From positions 109,253 to 173,252 of the forward strand of contig JBAWZA010000001.1 of assembly GCA_037143335.1 (NCBI GenBank): DNA of 64,000 nt, read 5' to 3'. The translations under genes were made by a program, and so were the position numbers. Shown in pieces: positions 49,464 to 60,171 of this stretch; the first letter of the stretch is position 1, and every line of letters starts with the position of its first letter. Below the pieces are notes generated by a model that did no database searches, was not told where the DNA came from, and saw only the letters and a program-made list of their open reading frames with translations. The stretch is from a bacterium (GTDB lineage: Bacteria; Bacteroidota; Ignavibacteria; Palsa-1295).

Positions 49464-50261
49464 GTGAGAGTTACAACCAGAACTATAGCCGAAAAAAAAC
49501 AGCGCGGTGAAAAAATCACCATGCTCACCGCGTATGACTATACCTTCGCACGCTTGCTTGATGATGCCGAGATAGATATGCTCCTCGTTGGCGACTCGCT
49601 CTCGAATGTGATACAAGGAAATGACACGACTCTACCTGTCACACTTGATGAGATGATCTATCACACGAAAGCTGTCGTCAAAGGCGCAACCAAGTATTCG
49701 ATGGTGGTGTGCGATCTTCCTTTCATGTCGTACCAGACAAGCGAGAAAGACGGATTCCGCAACGCTGGAAGAGTGATGAAGGAAACTGGAGCTGGCGCAG
49801 TAAAGCTCGAAGGTGGCGAGAGAGTTTGTGGTACGGTGAAGCTAATGACTGACAACGGAATTCCCGTCTGCGGGCATTTAGGACTTACACCACAATCAAT
49901 TAATCAGTTTGGCACGTATCGGACGCGTGGCACTACGCCTGAGGAAGCTGACAAAATCAAACAAGATGCACTTGCGCTTCAAGATGCCGGTGTGTTTGCG
50001 ATTGTACTTGAAAAAGTACCAGCCACGTTAGCGGCTGAGGTCACGGCAATGCTGAAGGTTGCAACAATCGGTATCGGTGCCGGAAGCGGATGCGACGGAC
50101 AAGTTCTTGTGCTTCACGATATGCTCGGATTGAATGAAGAATTCCATCCCCGATTCGTTCGCAAATATCTGAACTTGGCTCAGGATGTTCGTACTGCATT
50201 TAAACGTTATAGTGAAGATGTTCGGAGCGGAGACTTCCCAAGTAAGGATGAGTCGTACTAA
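49464..50261 (+). CDS. panB: 3-methyl-2-oxobutanoate hydroxymethyltransferase
   Basis: EKITMLTAYDYTFARLLDDAEIDMLLVGDSL matches PanB. Confidence 0.9.
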   Translation: MRVTTRTIAEKKQRGEKITMLTAYDYTFARLLDDAEIDMLLVGDSLSNVIQGNDTTLPVTLDEMIYHTKAVVKGATKYSMVVCDLPFMSYQTSEKDGFRNAGRVMKETGAGAVKLEGGERVCGTVKLMTDNGIPVCGHLGLTPQSINQFGTYRTRGTTPEEADKIKQDALALQDAGVFAIVLEKVPATLAAEVTAMLKVATIGIGAGSGCDGQVLVLHDMLGLNEEFHPRFVRKYLNLAQDVRTAFKRYSEDVRSGDFPSKDESY

Positions 50262-50334
50262 CGAACAGATTTATTTTTATCTTGCTCCAAAACTCTGCGT
50301 ATTTTCGTTCTTGATAACACAGATGAATTGAAGT

Positions 50335-52854
50335 ATGAAAGCAATAATAATGGCCGGCGGATTCGGAACTAGGTTGAGACCGCTGACGATGAATCTCCCA
50401 AAACCTATGGTCCCGCTGATGAATCAGCCAATGATGGAGCATATCGTAGAATTGCTAAAGCGTCACGGTTTCAACGATCTGACTTCACTCCTCTACTTTC
50501 AACCTGAGGCAATTACATCGTTCTTTAATGATGGCTCCGACTTTGGAGTGAGGATGAACTACACTCGCGCCGAAGCAGATTACGGCACGGCTGGAAGTGT
50601 GCGAAACGCTACCGAACAACACGATATTAAAGAGAGAATACTCATTATCAGTGGCGACATCCTCACCGACTTTGATCTCTCTGCCGCACTTGCATTTCAT
50701 GAAGAGAAGAAAGCAGTTGCAACAATCGTACTGACGCATGTCAAGAACCCCTTGCAATTTGGTGTAGTCATCACAGAAGAGGATGGCAAGATTGAACGCT
50801 TTCTCGAAAAACCATCGTGGGGCGAAGTCTTCAGCGATACAATCAATACAGGAATTTATATTTTAGAGCCAGAAGCATTCGAGAGAATCCCGTATCGTCG
50901 CGAGTTTGATTTTAGCAAAGATTTATTTCCGCTCCTGCTCGAAGAGAAAGCGGGCCTCTACGGATATATTGCCAATGGATATTGGAGAGACATCGGAAAT
51001 CTGATTGAGTATCATGAAGCTCACCTTGATGTATTGGCTGGGAAGGTTGGAGTCACGAACGCAGGTACGGACAAACCTCACGCTACGATTGGAAAAAATT
51101 CACAGACTGATGGAGTGATATTCGAGGGGCAAAATCTGATTGGCGATAACGTAACTATTGCACCAGGAACGACACTACTAAATTCCGTAATCGGTGACGA
51201 CGTTTCCATTGGTGCCGGTGCTTCACTCGAAGATGCTGTGATCTGGAAAGGTGTAACCATTGGCGAACGAGCCTACATTAATCATGCAGTTGTGTGTGCT
51301 CACACGAATATCGAAGCTGGTGCAAAAATTCACGAGCATGTATTCATCGGTGAGCGGTGTCAAATTGGGGAGAACGCCGAACTCATGGCGAACATAAAGC
51401 TGTGGCCACAAAAGCAAATCGAGGGTGGTTCGATTCTGCATACGAGTTTGGTTTTAGAGGATCGTTGGTCAAAAGCACTCTTTACGAATTCCAGAATTTC
51501 TGGTGCATCAAATATCGAAATCACCCCAGAATTTACCGCAAAAGTTGGCGCTTCACTTGGTGCATTGGTTGGCATGGGGCAGTACGTTGTGATTTCGCGC
51601 GATAGCGACCCAGGTTCACGCGTGATCTCGCGCGCGCTCACAAGCGGACTGATGAGTGCAGGTGTTCAGGTGCGCGATCTGGAGCAAACACCGATTCCGC
51701 TCACGCGGCATGACCTGCTTAATGGCAGACAAGCGGCAGGCGTGCATATTAGAAAAAATCCGAACGAGAAGCGACGCAGCGATATCATCTTTTTTGATTC
51801 TGATGGCAAAGACCTCACTACCTCAAAGGGCAAAACGATTGAAAGATATTTCTTTGGTGAAGACTTTCCGCGCGCTCCATTCGATAAAGTTGGTTCAATC
51901 GAATTCCCAGTTCGCACAGGTGAGGCATACAGAAGAAATTTTCTGAAATCAACTGACACTGAAATTATCAGCAAATCAAAATTCAGAATTGCAATTGATT
52001 ATTCCTTCGGAATCACCTCAACCATTTTTCCGAATATCCTTGGCACACTCGGCGCAGAGGTTGTCGCATTAAATGGTTATCTTGATCCAACGAAACTCAC
52101 TCGCGCCAAGGAAGAATTCAAGCGTTCGTCCGAACAGCTGAAAAATATCGTGACGTCACTTAGTTACGATGTCGGCTTCATGCTTGATGCCGGGGGCGAA
52201 CGCATTTCGGTTATAGATGAGAAGGGAACATTCCATCACAATCAAAATTTATTGACACTCGTTACGAAATATTTTCTTGAGAGCAGAAAACGTGAGGGCA
52301 AACCAGCAAAGATAATTTCTGTGCCGATTTCTGCATCAAATGAAGTTGACACAGTTGCGGCGGAGTATGGTGTGGAAGTCGTCTATACAAAAAATTCTCA
52401 CGCCGCGATGATGGTGGCATCGAATAATCCTGATGTGAGTTTTGTTGGCGGCACAAGAGGGGGCTTTATTTTTCCGGATTATTTCTTTGCTGTTGATGGA
52501 ATGTACAGTGCGACCAAATTGCTGGAGATGATGGCTCGCACTGAACTTTCGATTGGCGAAATTGCTAAGGACCTTCCACATCGAGTGCAATCACACAGAC
52601 AGGCATTTTGTCCACAAGATCAACTTGGTACAGTCATGCGGCGTGCGATGGATCACACGAAATCCATGAAACGAACCCTTGTAGACGGAATTCGTTTTTC
52701 ACCGATACCGGGAAGTTCTGCGTGGGTCTTAATTATTCCTGAGAAGGAGAGACCGTACTGTGAGATTCTCACTGACGCAGACTCTCGCGAAACAGCCGAT
52801 GTGCTCGCAGAGGAATATTCTGCACAAGTATATGAATGGCGGAAAGGTAGTTGA
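50335..52854 (+). CDS. Bifunctional sugar-1-phosphate nucleotidyltransferase / phosphomannomutase-phosphoglucomutase-like protein
   Basis: The N-terminal GGFGTRLRPLT NTP-transferase segment, a middle left-handed beta-helix and a C-terminal PGM/PMM-type domain are present. Confidence 0.85.
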   Translation: MKAIIMAGGFGTRLRPLTMNLPKPMVPLMNQPMMEHIVELLKRHGFNDLTSLLYFQPEAITSFFNDGSDFGVRMNYTRAEADYGTAGSVRNATEQHDIKERILIISGDILTDFDLSAALAFHEEKKAVATIVLTHVKNPLQFGVVITEEDGKIERFLEKPSWGEVFSDTINTGIYILEPEAFERIPYRREFDFSKDLFPLLLEEKAGLYGYIANGYWRDIGNLIEYHEAHLDVLAGKVGVTNAGTDKPHATIGKNSQTDGVIFEGQNLIGDNVTIAPGTTLLNSVIGDDVSIGAGASLEDAVIWKGVTIGERAYINHAVVCAHTNIEAGAKIHEHVFIGERCQIGENAELMANIKLWPQKQIEGGSILHTSLVLEDRWSKALFTNSRISGASNIEITPEFTAKVGASLGALVGMGQYVVISRDSDPGSRVISRALTSGLMSAGVQVRDLEQTPIPLTRHDLLNGRQAAGVHIRKNPNEKRRSDIIFFDSDGKDLTTSKGKTIERYFFGEDFPRAPFDKVGSIEFPVRTGEAYRRNFLKSTDTEIISKSKFRIAIDYSFGITSTIFPNILGTLGAEVVALNGYLDPTKLTRAKEEFKRSSEQLKNIVTSLSYDVGFMLDAGGERISVIDEKGTFHHNQNLLTLVTKYFLESRKREGKPAKIISVPISASNEVDTVAAEYGVEVVYTKNSHAAMMVASNNPDVSFVGGTRGGFIFPDYFFAVDGMYSATKLLEMMARTELSIGEIAKDLPHRVQSHRQAFCPQDQLGTVMRRAMDHTKSMKRTLVDGIRFSPIPGSSAWVLIIPEKERPYCEILTDADSRETADVLAEEYSAQVYEWRKGS

Positions 52855-52875
52855 TTTATTTTATAATGCTAACAG

Positions 52876-53730
52876 ATGAATATGATAAAGATGAATAAGA
52901 TACTTATTTTCGTAGTGCTATTGGCAATCACACAAACCCTCTCGGCTCAGGACAAATGTTGCATGATGCCAAAGCAAGCAAGTTTCGCTTCGTTTGCAGT
53001 CGAAGATGAATTTATCCGCGCTCATGCCGAGCCGATTGCATTTAGAGCTACTGGTTTAGCAGGCACAACAATCTCATTCGCTGTTGGCACCGATGCGAAA
53101 GGCTCTGCATACTTTGTGAAATCAGAGAAGCATCCGAATAAAGTAATCCTCCTTTTTCATGAGTGGTGGGGACTGAACGACTACATCAAAACGACTGCCG
53201 ATAACTTAAGCAAGGAATTGGAAGTATCCGTTTGCGCTATTGATCTTTATGATGGTAAAGTCGCCTCGAAGCGCGAGGAGGCATCGGTATATATTCAAGC
53301 TTTAAAACCAGAACGTGCGAAGGCGATTATAGATGGAGCGATAGCATATTTCGGTAAAGATATTCGCTTTGGTACAATCGGCTGGTGTATGGGTGGCTCA
53401 TGGAGCCAGGAGGCTGCACTTCGGAGTGGGAAACAATGCGATGCGTGTGTGATTTTTTACGGGATGCCCGAACTTGATGTAACTCGTTTGAAAGAACTTC
53501 ATGCACCAGTATTTGGATTTTTTGCAACGAAGGATAAATGGATCACTCCGAAAGTGGTGAGCGATTACCAAGAAGCGATGAGAAAATCAGGCAAACAGCT
53601 AAGTGTCAGAAATTATGAAGCAGATCACGCCTTCGCAAACCCAAGCAATCCGGATCACAACGCAGAAGCAACAGAGGACTCTCACCGCTTCGCTGTGGAT
53701 TTCTTTAAAAGAAAAATGCGATTATTCTGA
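52876..53730 (+). CDS. Dienelactone hydrolase-family protein (secreted)
   Basis: It has a signal peptide and the nucleophile context GWCMGGS. Confidence 0.75.
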   Translation: MNMIKMNKILIFVVLLAITQTLSAQDKCCMMPKQASFASFAVEDEFIRAHAEPIAFRATGLAGTTISFAVGTDAKGSAYFVKSEKHPNKVILLFHEWWGLNDYIKTTADNLSKELEVSVCAIDLYDGKVASKREEASVYIQALKPERAKAIIDGAIAYFGKDIRFGTIGWCMGGSWSQEAALRSGKQCDACVIFYGMPELDVTRLKELHAPVFGFFATKDKWITPKVVSDYQEAMRKSGKQLSVRNYEADHAFANPSNPDHNAEATEDSHRFAVDFFKRKMRLF

Positions 53731-54401
53731 TGACGACAAGTGAACTTGCCGAGATAGTGAAGTTGAACGGACTCGATCTCTCCGATCAGACATTAAGAAA
53801 AATCGAACAGTATGCAGAATTATTGCGAGAAACAAATCAGGTGGTGAACTTGATCTCCCGTAAAGATGAGGAGAATATTCTCTCGAAACATATTTTGCAT
53901 TCACTCACTTTGACGATGCCCTTGCTTCACCATGCTGGTATTCCAAACAATGCTTGGGTGTTCGATCTTGGAACTGGTGGCGGGTTGCCAGGAATTCCAC
54001 TCAAAATAATTAGGGATGATCTTCGCGTCGTTCTTTGTGATTCGATTGCAAAGAAGGTCGTGGCAGTTGGAGAAATGGTCCAGAAGCTCGGTCTGCAAAA
54101 TTGTCTAGCTATTACGGCACGTGGGGAGTCGCTATCCTCTCAGAACGCTCATCGAAAAAAATATGATGTTGTCGTCACACGTGCAGTTGCTCCACTAGTT
54201 GGCCTACTCACCTGGTCTCAGGACTTGCTCAAGCGTGGCGGTGTGTTGCTCGCGCTCAAAGGTGGAAACCTTGATGCCGAAATTGCAGAAGCATCGAAGT
54301 TGCGGTTCGTGAAATCAATCAAGGAGCAACCGCTCACGTTGAATGGCTACGCAGAATTTGCGACGGAAGAGAAGAAAATTGTTCGCGTAGAACTTGTATG
54401 A
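53730..54401 (+). CDS. rsmG: 16S rRNA (guanine527-N7)-methyltransferase
   Basis: The SAM motif DLGTGGGLPGIPL is present, with GidB-like length. Confidence 0.9.
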   Translation: MTTSELAEIVKLNGLDLSDQTLRKIEQYAELLRETNQVVNLISRKDEENILSKHILHSLTLTMPLLHHAGIPNNAWVFDLGTGGGLPGIPLKIIRDDLRVVLCDSIAKKVVAVGEMVQKLGLQNCLAITARGESLSSQNAHRKKYDVVVTRAVAPLVGLLTWSQDLLKRGGVLLALKGGNLDAEIAEASKLRFVKSIKEQPLTLNGYAEFATEEKKIVRVELV

Positions 54402-56533
54402 AATCTGTAAATTTTTGTTTCGCAACGCACAACCATCAACCGATCGGTAACTTTGATTATGTCTTCGAGGATGCCTACCAAAAATCCTATCTCCCATTCT
54501 TTCGACTCTTAGAAAAACACAAGCTTCGAATCTCTACGCATTTTTCAGGCATATTACTTCAGTGGATCGCAGAAGAGCACCCTGAGCATATTCAACTCCT
54601 TCGCAGTCTGGTCTCTCGTTCGCAGTTGGAGATGATTTCAGGTGGATATTACGAACCGATACTTTCGGTTTTTTCTCCGAAAGATGGAGAGTTGCAAATC
54701 AAGAAACTATCAGAGTACATCAAGTATCTCTTCGAAACCAAGCCAAAGGGTTTGTGGCTTGCCGAACGCGTTTGGGAGCCTCAGTTGCCATCGTTACTTT
54801 CAAGTGCCCAGATGAAATATACGATTCTTGATGATACGCATTTTCGTGGCGCCGGTCTTTCAGAGAATGATCTCTCAGGTTATTACATGACTGAGGATCA
54901 AGGCAAACGAGTAGCCGTATTTCCGATTTCGAAAGCACTGCGCTATACAATACCATTTGCATCGGTTGATGAAACACTTCGGGTTCTTCGCGATTCAACT
55001 TCAGAAGCGGGCAATAGAATTGTCACCTTCGCTGATGATGGCGAGAAATTTGGCGTGTGGCCGAAAACATTCGACCATGTGTACGGCGAGGGATGGCTTG
55101 AAGAGTTCTTCACGAAGATAGAAGAGAATGACGCGTGGCTCAAGACGATTCACTTCAGCGAAGCGATTGAGACGATAAAACCTGTTGGTACAATTTATCT
55201 TCCGACATCAAGTTATTCTGAGATGATGGAGTGGTCATTGCCAAAGTCTGAAGCCGCATTGCGATACGAAGTATTCACAAAAAAGCTCTCGCATGATGAA
55301 GACGAATGGAAAAAAAATCAGCAATTTGTTCGGGGAGGATTCTGGAGAAACTTCTTCGCAAAATATCCTGAGTCGGATCATTTACATAAGCGAGTTCTCG
55401 GAGTAAGCAATCGTCTGCATGCGCTTCCCGATGAATTGAAGCATTCGGTAATTTACACGCAAGCTCTTGACAATCTTCTTGCCGCAGAGTGCAACGATTC
55501 CTATTGGCACGGCGTCTTCGGTGGTATTTACCTTGCGAATCTTCGTCATGAAGTGTACTCCAAGCTTATTTGTGCCGAGAATGAGTTGTGGATACTTGAG
55601 AATGCAGGCGCACTTACACTTCGGCAGTTGAATGAATTGGGTTCGTCGTATTACTCAATCGAGAATGCAAACTTGCGAATTATTATTGAGGCTAAGGATT
55701 CGTGTTCTATTCGTGAGATTGATTTTAAGCCTGCGTCATTTAATATCTCTAATTTCATCAACCGAATCCCCGAGCCTTCACATGAGAAATTAAAAATGCT
55801 GGGCGAGCCACAAGATGCGGATACAAGTGCGGCATCTATTCACGAGCGGATTCTTACCAAAGAAAAAGACTTAGAGAGATATCTCATTTACGATTCCTAT
55901 AGACACGGATCATTCATCGAGCACTTCTTCGATCCAAAGTGCACGATTGATGATATGAAAAATATGAGATTGCTTGAGCAAGTAGAATTTGGAGATGTAG
56001 ATGAATCAGCACAATTGGCTGAGTCGGCGAATAGGATAACCATTCATCAATCGCGGATTGGAATTCATCGCGATGGAAAGACGGAAAGCACATTGAGATT
56101 AGGTAAGACTCTCACAATTGAACGTGATGCTAATGTGGTCGGGGTAAAGTATTATATTCAAAATGAGTCGAATAATATCCTTCGTCTTCGATTCGGTTCC
56201 GAGTGGACATTCGGATTGCTTGCTGGCGATGCGCATGATAGATATTTCGATTCGCCTGATGCGAAATTGCGGAGTAAGAAGTTAAATAGCTCAGGTGAAA
56301 TACGAGGAGCTAAATCATTTGCACTTGTAGATGAGTGGTCGGGATTCAAAATTGCACTTGAGTCTCCTATACCAACAACATTTTGGCGCACTCCCATCGA
56401 AACCGTCTCACTGAGTGAAGAAGGGTTCGAGCGGGTGTATCAGGGGTCAATAATTTTTGCCCTATGGGATATTTCGCTTGAACCCAAGGAGGGAAGGGAC
56501 GTTGCAATCGATATTCGTGTTTCAACTCTATGA
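54398..56533 (+). CDS. Glycoside hydrolase family 57 alpha-glucan-active enzyme
   Basis: The N-terminal FATHNHQPIGNF matches GH57. Length is 711 aa, with C-terminal DUF1925/1926-like regions. Confidence 0.85.
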   Translation: MKSVNFCFATHNHQPIGNFDYVFEDAYQKSYLPFFRLLEKHKLRISTHFSGILLQWIAEEHPEHIQLLRSLVSRSQLEMISGGYYEPILSVFSPKDGELQIKKLSEYIKYLFETKPKGLWLAERVWEPQLPSLLSSAQMKYTILDDTHFRGAGLSENDLSGYYMTEDQGKRVAVFPISKALRYTIPFASVDETLRVLRDSTSEAGNRIVTFADDGEKFGVWPKTFDHVYGEGWLEEFFTKIEENDAWLKTIHFSEAIETIKPVGTIYLPTSSYSEMMEWSLPKSEAALRYEVFTKKLSHDEDEWKKNQQFVRGGFWRNFFAKYPESDHLHKRVLGVSNRLHALPDELKHSVIYTQALDNLLAAECNDSYWHGVFGGIYLANLRHEVYSKLICAENELWILENAGALTLRQLNELGSSYYSIENANLRIIIEAKDSCSIREIDFKPASFNISNFINRIPEPSHEKLKMLGEPQDADTSAASIHERILTKEKDLERYLIYDSYRHGSFIEHFFDPKCTIDDMKNMRLLEQVEFGDVDESAQLAESANRITIHQSRIGIHRDGKTESTLRLGKTLTIERDANVVGVKYYIQNESNNILRLRFGSEWTFGLLAGDAHDRYFDSPDAKLRSKKLNSSGEIRGAKSFALVDEWSGFKIALESPIPTTFWRTPIETVSLSEEGFERVYQGSIIFALWDISLEPKEGRDVAIDIRVSTL

Positions 56534-56565
56534 TATCTAAAATTATCTTTGCACTGCCAAACTGA

Positions 56566-57576
56566 GTGAAACACAGTCTTGTCATTTATTTTCTTCTCCT
56601 ATCTGTCCCGATCTTCGCGCAGATACGCCTTGAGGCCACTGGTGCCACAGCGCATGATAGCCTTCCACCTGCAATAGGGCATAAATCATATTTAGGAAGC
56701 CCTCATACTCTTCCGGCGCCTCAGCAAACAAGTGTTCAAGAAATCAATTGGACAAAATTTGGAATTGCATCGGGGTTGATGGCTGGCTCGTTTGTTGGAC
56801 TTTACTTTATAGAAAAATCATGGTGGCCCGATTCAGATCGAACGGCTTTTCATATACAAGATGATCCGGACTATGAAAAAAATTACGACAAGTTCGGACA
56901 TGGTTTTGGCGCATATTATACGAGTCATTTTTTTCAGGAGGCTTTTGCCTGGAGCGGAATTGATAGCTCACAATCATATTTGCTCGGAGCTGTCTGTGGT
57001 GCGATGTATGAGTTTTATGTAGAGATTGAAGATGGATTCGGAAAATCCTGGGGCTTCTCCCCAGGGGATGCAAAGGCTGATCTTATCGGTGCAAGTTTTT
57101 TTCTTTTACGAAATCGGGTTGATTTTTTTAGAAATTTTCAGTACAAGTGGCTCTACTATCCGAACGCAGACTCACTTTATTTCGCTTCTCATTCTACCTA
57201 CAACCCGATAGATGATTATGAGGGGCAATCATATTGGTTTACTGCAGATATTCATCGGATGCTCCCTGAATCCTGGAAAGACTATTGGCCGATGTGGTTG
57301 AACCTCGCATTTGGAATTGGTGGCATCGGCTTAGAAACATTTGATACAAATTCACCTACAGGGAATCCGTACGATAACCGCCACAAAGCGTATTACCTAA
57401 GCCTTGACTTCGATATGGAAAAGATTATTCCTGAGTCAGATATCGGTATCATAAACTTCATCAGGCGTGGGTTATCGTATTGGCATTTACCTGCGCCAGC
57501 GTACCGGATCTCACCTGATCCGAGATTTTTTGTGCTATTCCCGTTTCACATGACCATCGGGTCACACGCACATTGA
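56566..57576 (+). CDS. Hypothetical secreted/outer-membrane protein
   Basis: It has a signal peptide. I do not recognise a family. Confidence 0.45.
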   Translation: MKHSLVIYFLLLSVPIFAQIRLEATGATAHDSLPPAIGHKSYLGSPHTLPAPQQTSVQEINWTKFGIASGLMAGSFVGLYFIEKSWWPDSDRTAFHIQDDPDYEKNYDKFGHGFGAYYTSHFFQEAFAWSGIDSSQSYLLGAVCGAMYEFYVEIEDGFGKSWGFSPGDAKADLIGASFFLLRNRVDFFRNFQYKWLYYPNADSLYFASHSTYNPIDDYEGQSYWFTADIHRMLPESWKDYWPMWLNLAFGIGGIGLETFDTNSPTGNPYDNRHKAYYLSLDFDMEKIIPESDIGIINFIRRGLSYWHLPAPAYRISPDPRFFVLFPFHMTIGSHAH

Positions 57577-57577
57577 T

Positions 57578-58333
57578 GTGTTCTTGATGGAAGACCAAAA
57601 AATTCAGATTTCGATTGTTATTCCCACAAAGAACGAAGAGTCCTTACTTGCAGCATGCCTCAAGCAAATCTCAAATGATCTCCAGCAACGATATTCGCTC
57701 GAGCTGATCGTCTCCGACGGAGGTTCGACCGACAACACCGTGACGATTGCGAAAACATTCACGGATCGCATCGTCATCCATGATACTGCATCACGCCTTC
57801 AAACAATCGCCGAAGGAAGAAATGCAGGGGCAGCGTTAGCGAAAGGAGAAATTATCATGTTCCTGAACGCGGATACCGAAGTGCCGAATTGTGAAAAATT
57901 TATTCAAAGAATATTACACCTCATGTCACCAGATAGAGAGCTTGTGGCATTAGCAGTGAAGGTACAAATTCGTCCTGATGAGAGAATCCTCTCTGATAAA
58001 TTATTCCACACATTTTTCAATCAGTACGTACGAATCCTGAATTTTTTCGGAATGGGAATGGGCAGGGGGGAGTGTCAGATCATTCGTAAAACTACCTTCC
58101 TAGCCTGTGGTGGCTATAACTCATCACTTGCCGCTGGCGAGGATTTCGATCTCTACCATCGCCTAACTAAATATGGGAAAGTGCGCTACGATAGTAGATT
58201 ACTCGTCTATGAATCACCACGTCGTTACCGAAAATACGGGTACGCAAAAGTGTATTTCGATTGGGTGAGTAATGGATTATCGGTTCTCTTTCGGGGGAAA
58301 GCCTCGAGCAAGACTTGGGAAGAAGTGCGGTAA
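57578..58333 (+). CDS. Family 2 glycosyltransferase
   Basis: ISIVIPTKNEE and the DGGSTD motif are present. Confidence 0.8.
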   Translation: MFLMEDQKIQISIVIPTKNEESLLAACLKQISNDLQQRYSLELIVSDGGSTDNTVTIAKTFTDRIVIHDTASRLQTIAEGRNAGAALAKGEIIMFLNADTEVPNCEKFIQRILHLMSPDRELVALAVKVQIRPDERILSDKLFHTFFNQYVRILNFFGMGMGRGECQIIRKTTFLACGGYNSSLAAGEDFDLYHRLTKYGKVRYDSRLLVYESPRRYRKYGYAKVYFDWVSNGLSVLFRGKASSKTWEEVR

Positions 58334-58344
58334 TTCTCGCGCTC

Positions 58345-60096
58345 TTAAAAGCTAGTATAGAATTTTACTTGAAGATCAAATTGCGAAGGCTGGCCTACGC
58401 CGAGAGGGAAGATAGGTCCGGCAGTGACATCAACGCCAACCGAAGTCCCGACACCACCTGGTGTGGTCATAATGCCGAACGAAGGCGCCATGAGCGTAGC
58501 TGAGTGAATTCCACCTCGTGACGTTGGGCTTTCGGAAGAATAGATTCCGTAAAATCCTAAGCGGACAACGGGTTGAATCACGCCACCGAGTATACTAAGT
58601 GGCGACCATCCTAATTGTAAACCAAGCGATTTAGGAGAACTGAAAAAATTTGAGAAATTTGATGGTGCGTCATACGTAAGGTAAGGCCCACTTGCTGAAT
58701 AAAGCCATCCGTACGAAAGATCTAATGTTAGCGATGGCACGGCTGATTGAATCCCTATCATCAAGCTCGCACCAGAACTCTTACCAAAACCAAGTCCAAC
58801 TCTTCCACGAAGCCCAGAAATCACATTGGATTGACTTGCTTCCACTATCCGCTTCAGTTCTGCCTTCTCGTCGCGCTCCTTGTCAAGTGTCGCATTCAGG
58901 GTGGTTACCTTGCTTTCCGCAACCGTCTTTGCAATATTCAATGCGTACAACAGTTTTTGTGCGCTCTCTTTCTTTCCGCCAACTTCCAATGTGTCACTTG
59001 CAAGTGGGAATGAATTACGAACGATCATCGGCGATTTCTTTTCGAAGCTTTTTGTCTCCTCGAAAATAATTTTCCCAGATTCAATATCTTTTGCTTGCAA
59101 GCGGTACTGATATGTGCCGTCGAGGTTATGCTTCATATCATGCTCAGCAAGATAGTCTGCTGGGTGCATGACTGAATCAATAAGTGTGAGCGGATGCGCT
59201 GGATCGACGACGGAAAGCAGATCCAGCTTCACAGCACACGTCTTAGCAATCGTATAGCCAATGGAGAGCTTTGATGAAATAGATGAGATTGATGACTTGC
59301 CAAGATCGAAATGGAGCTTATCGCCGTTGAGTAAAATATCCTCTTTGATATGACGGGCGAAGTCTTCGTAGAAATTTAGCGTTTCGTTGTCATCGATCTT
59401 GAAGATGTAATGGTTATCAGATGGAGTGTTATCGAGGCTCAATCTGATTGGCTCCCCGGGACGCGTCGTAAATTCTTTTGCATATCGCTCGAACTTCTTT
59501 TCATCATCCGTACGATTGGATTCGACAGCGCGTTCGATCACGATATAATACCGAAGCGAATCACTCTTCGCATTCGGAATTCGTGGTAATGGCAGAATTC
59601 CGATATAGATCGAGTAGGATGCCAAGTCACCAATCGTAGCAAGCGGACTTACAAGTGGGAGTGCAAGTGGAGTGCGCGCTGAACCTGTGAAATACATCAC
59701 GGCTTGATGATTCGGCGGGGTGGAATCAGATGTATGCATCCGACCCTCCGGCGAGTAATTCATGTAATGGGGAACGAGGTGGAAGCTTGCTTCATGCAAA
59801 ACAACTTCACCTGTTGGTGCATCGGTACGTACGTAATTTGCTTCGAGGCGGAGTAATTCGGGTTCGAGATTCGAGCCGTATTTTGCGCGCTCTTGCTCAA
59901 GGCGCTCATGCATCAAATCGTCAATGGTCTTGATATACTCTTGCGGAGTCTTCGCGCGCAACGGCACATCAACTCTATATGGATTATCATGGACGGTTTG
60001 TGAAAAAACCGAACTAACAGTAACCATAACAAAAGCCACGAGCAGAATGACTCTGCCTGTGGCTCTTGTACGAGGTATGTGTTTCTCTGTATTCAC
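58345..60096 (-). CDS. Hypothetical outer-membrane protein with C-terminal beta-barrel-like region
   Basis: It has a signal peptide, a C-terminus with alternating hydrophobic residues, and a terminal Phe. Confidence 0.45.
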   Translation of the reverse strand: MNTEKHIPRTRATGRVILLVAFVMVTVSSVFSQTVHDNPYRVDVPLRAKTPQEYIKTIDDLMHERLEQERAKYGSNLEPELLRLEANYVRTDAPTGEVVLHEASFHLVPHYMNYSPEGRMHTSDSTPPNHQAVMYFTGSARTPLALPLVSPLATIGDLASYSIYIGILPLPRIPNAKSDSLRYYIVIERAVESNRTDDEKKFERYAKEFTTRPGEPIRLSLDNTPSDNHYIFKIDDNETLNFYEDFARHIKEDILLNGDKLHFDLGKSSISSISSKLSIGYTIAKTCAVKLDLLSVVDPAHPLTLIDSVMHPADYLAEHDMKHNLDGTYQYRLQAKDIESGKIIFEETKSFEKKSPMIVRNSFPLASDTLEVGGKKESAQKLLYALNIAKTVAESKVTTLNATLDKERDEKAELKRIVEASQSNVISGLRGRVGLGFGKSSGASLMIGIQSAVPSLTLDLSYGWLYSASGPYLTYDAPSNFSNFFSSPKSLGLQLGWSPLSILGGVIQPVVRLGFYGIYSSESPTSRGGIHSATLMAPSFGIMTTPGGVGTSVGVDVTAGPIFPLGVGQPSQFDLQVKFYTSF

Positions 60097-60171
60097 TTTT
60101 CACAAACAATCTGTTGGGCAAACTATAGTAGTGTTGTGGCGGGAATCACGTCACTTCCGTAATAATGTTGA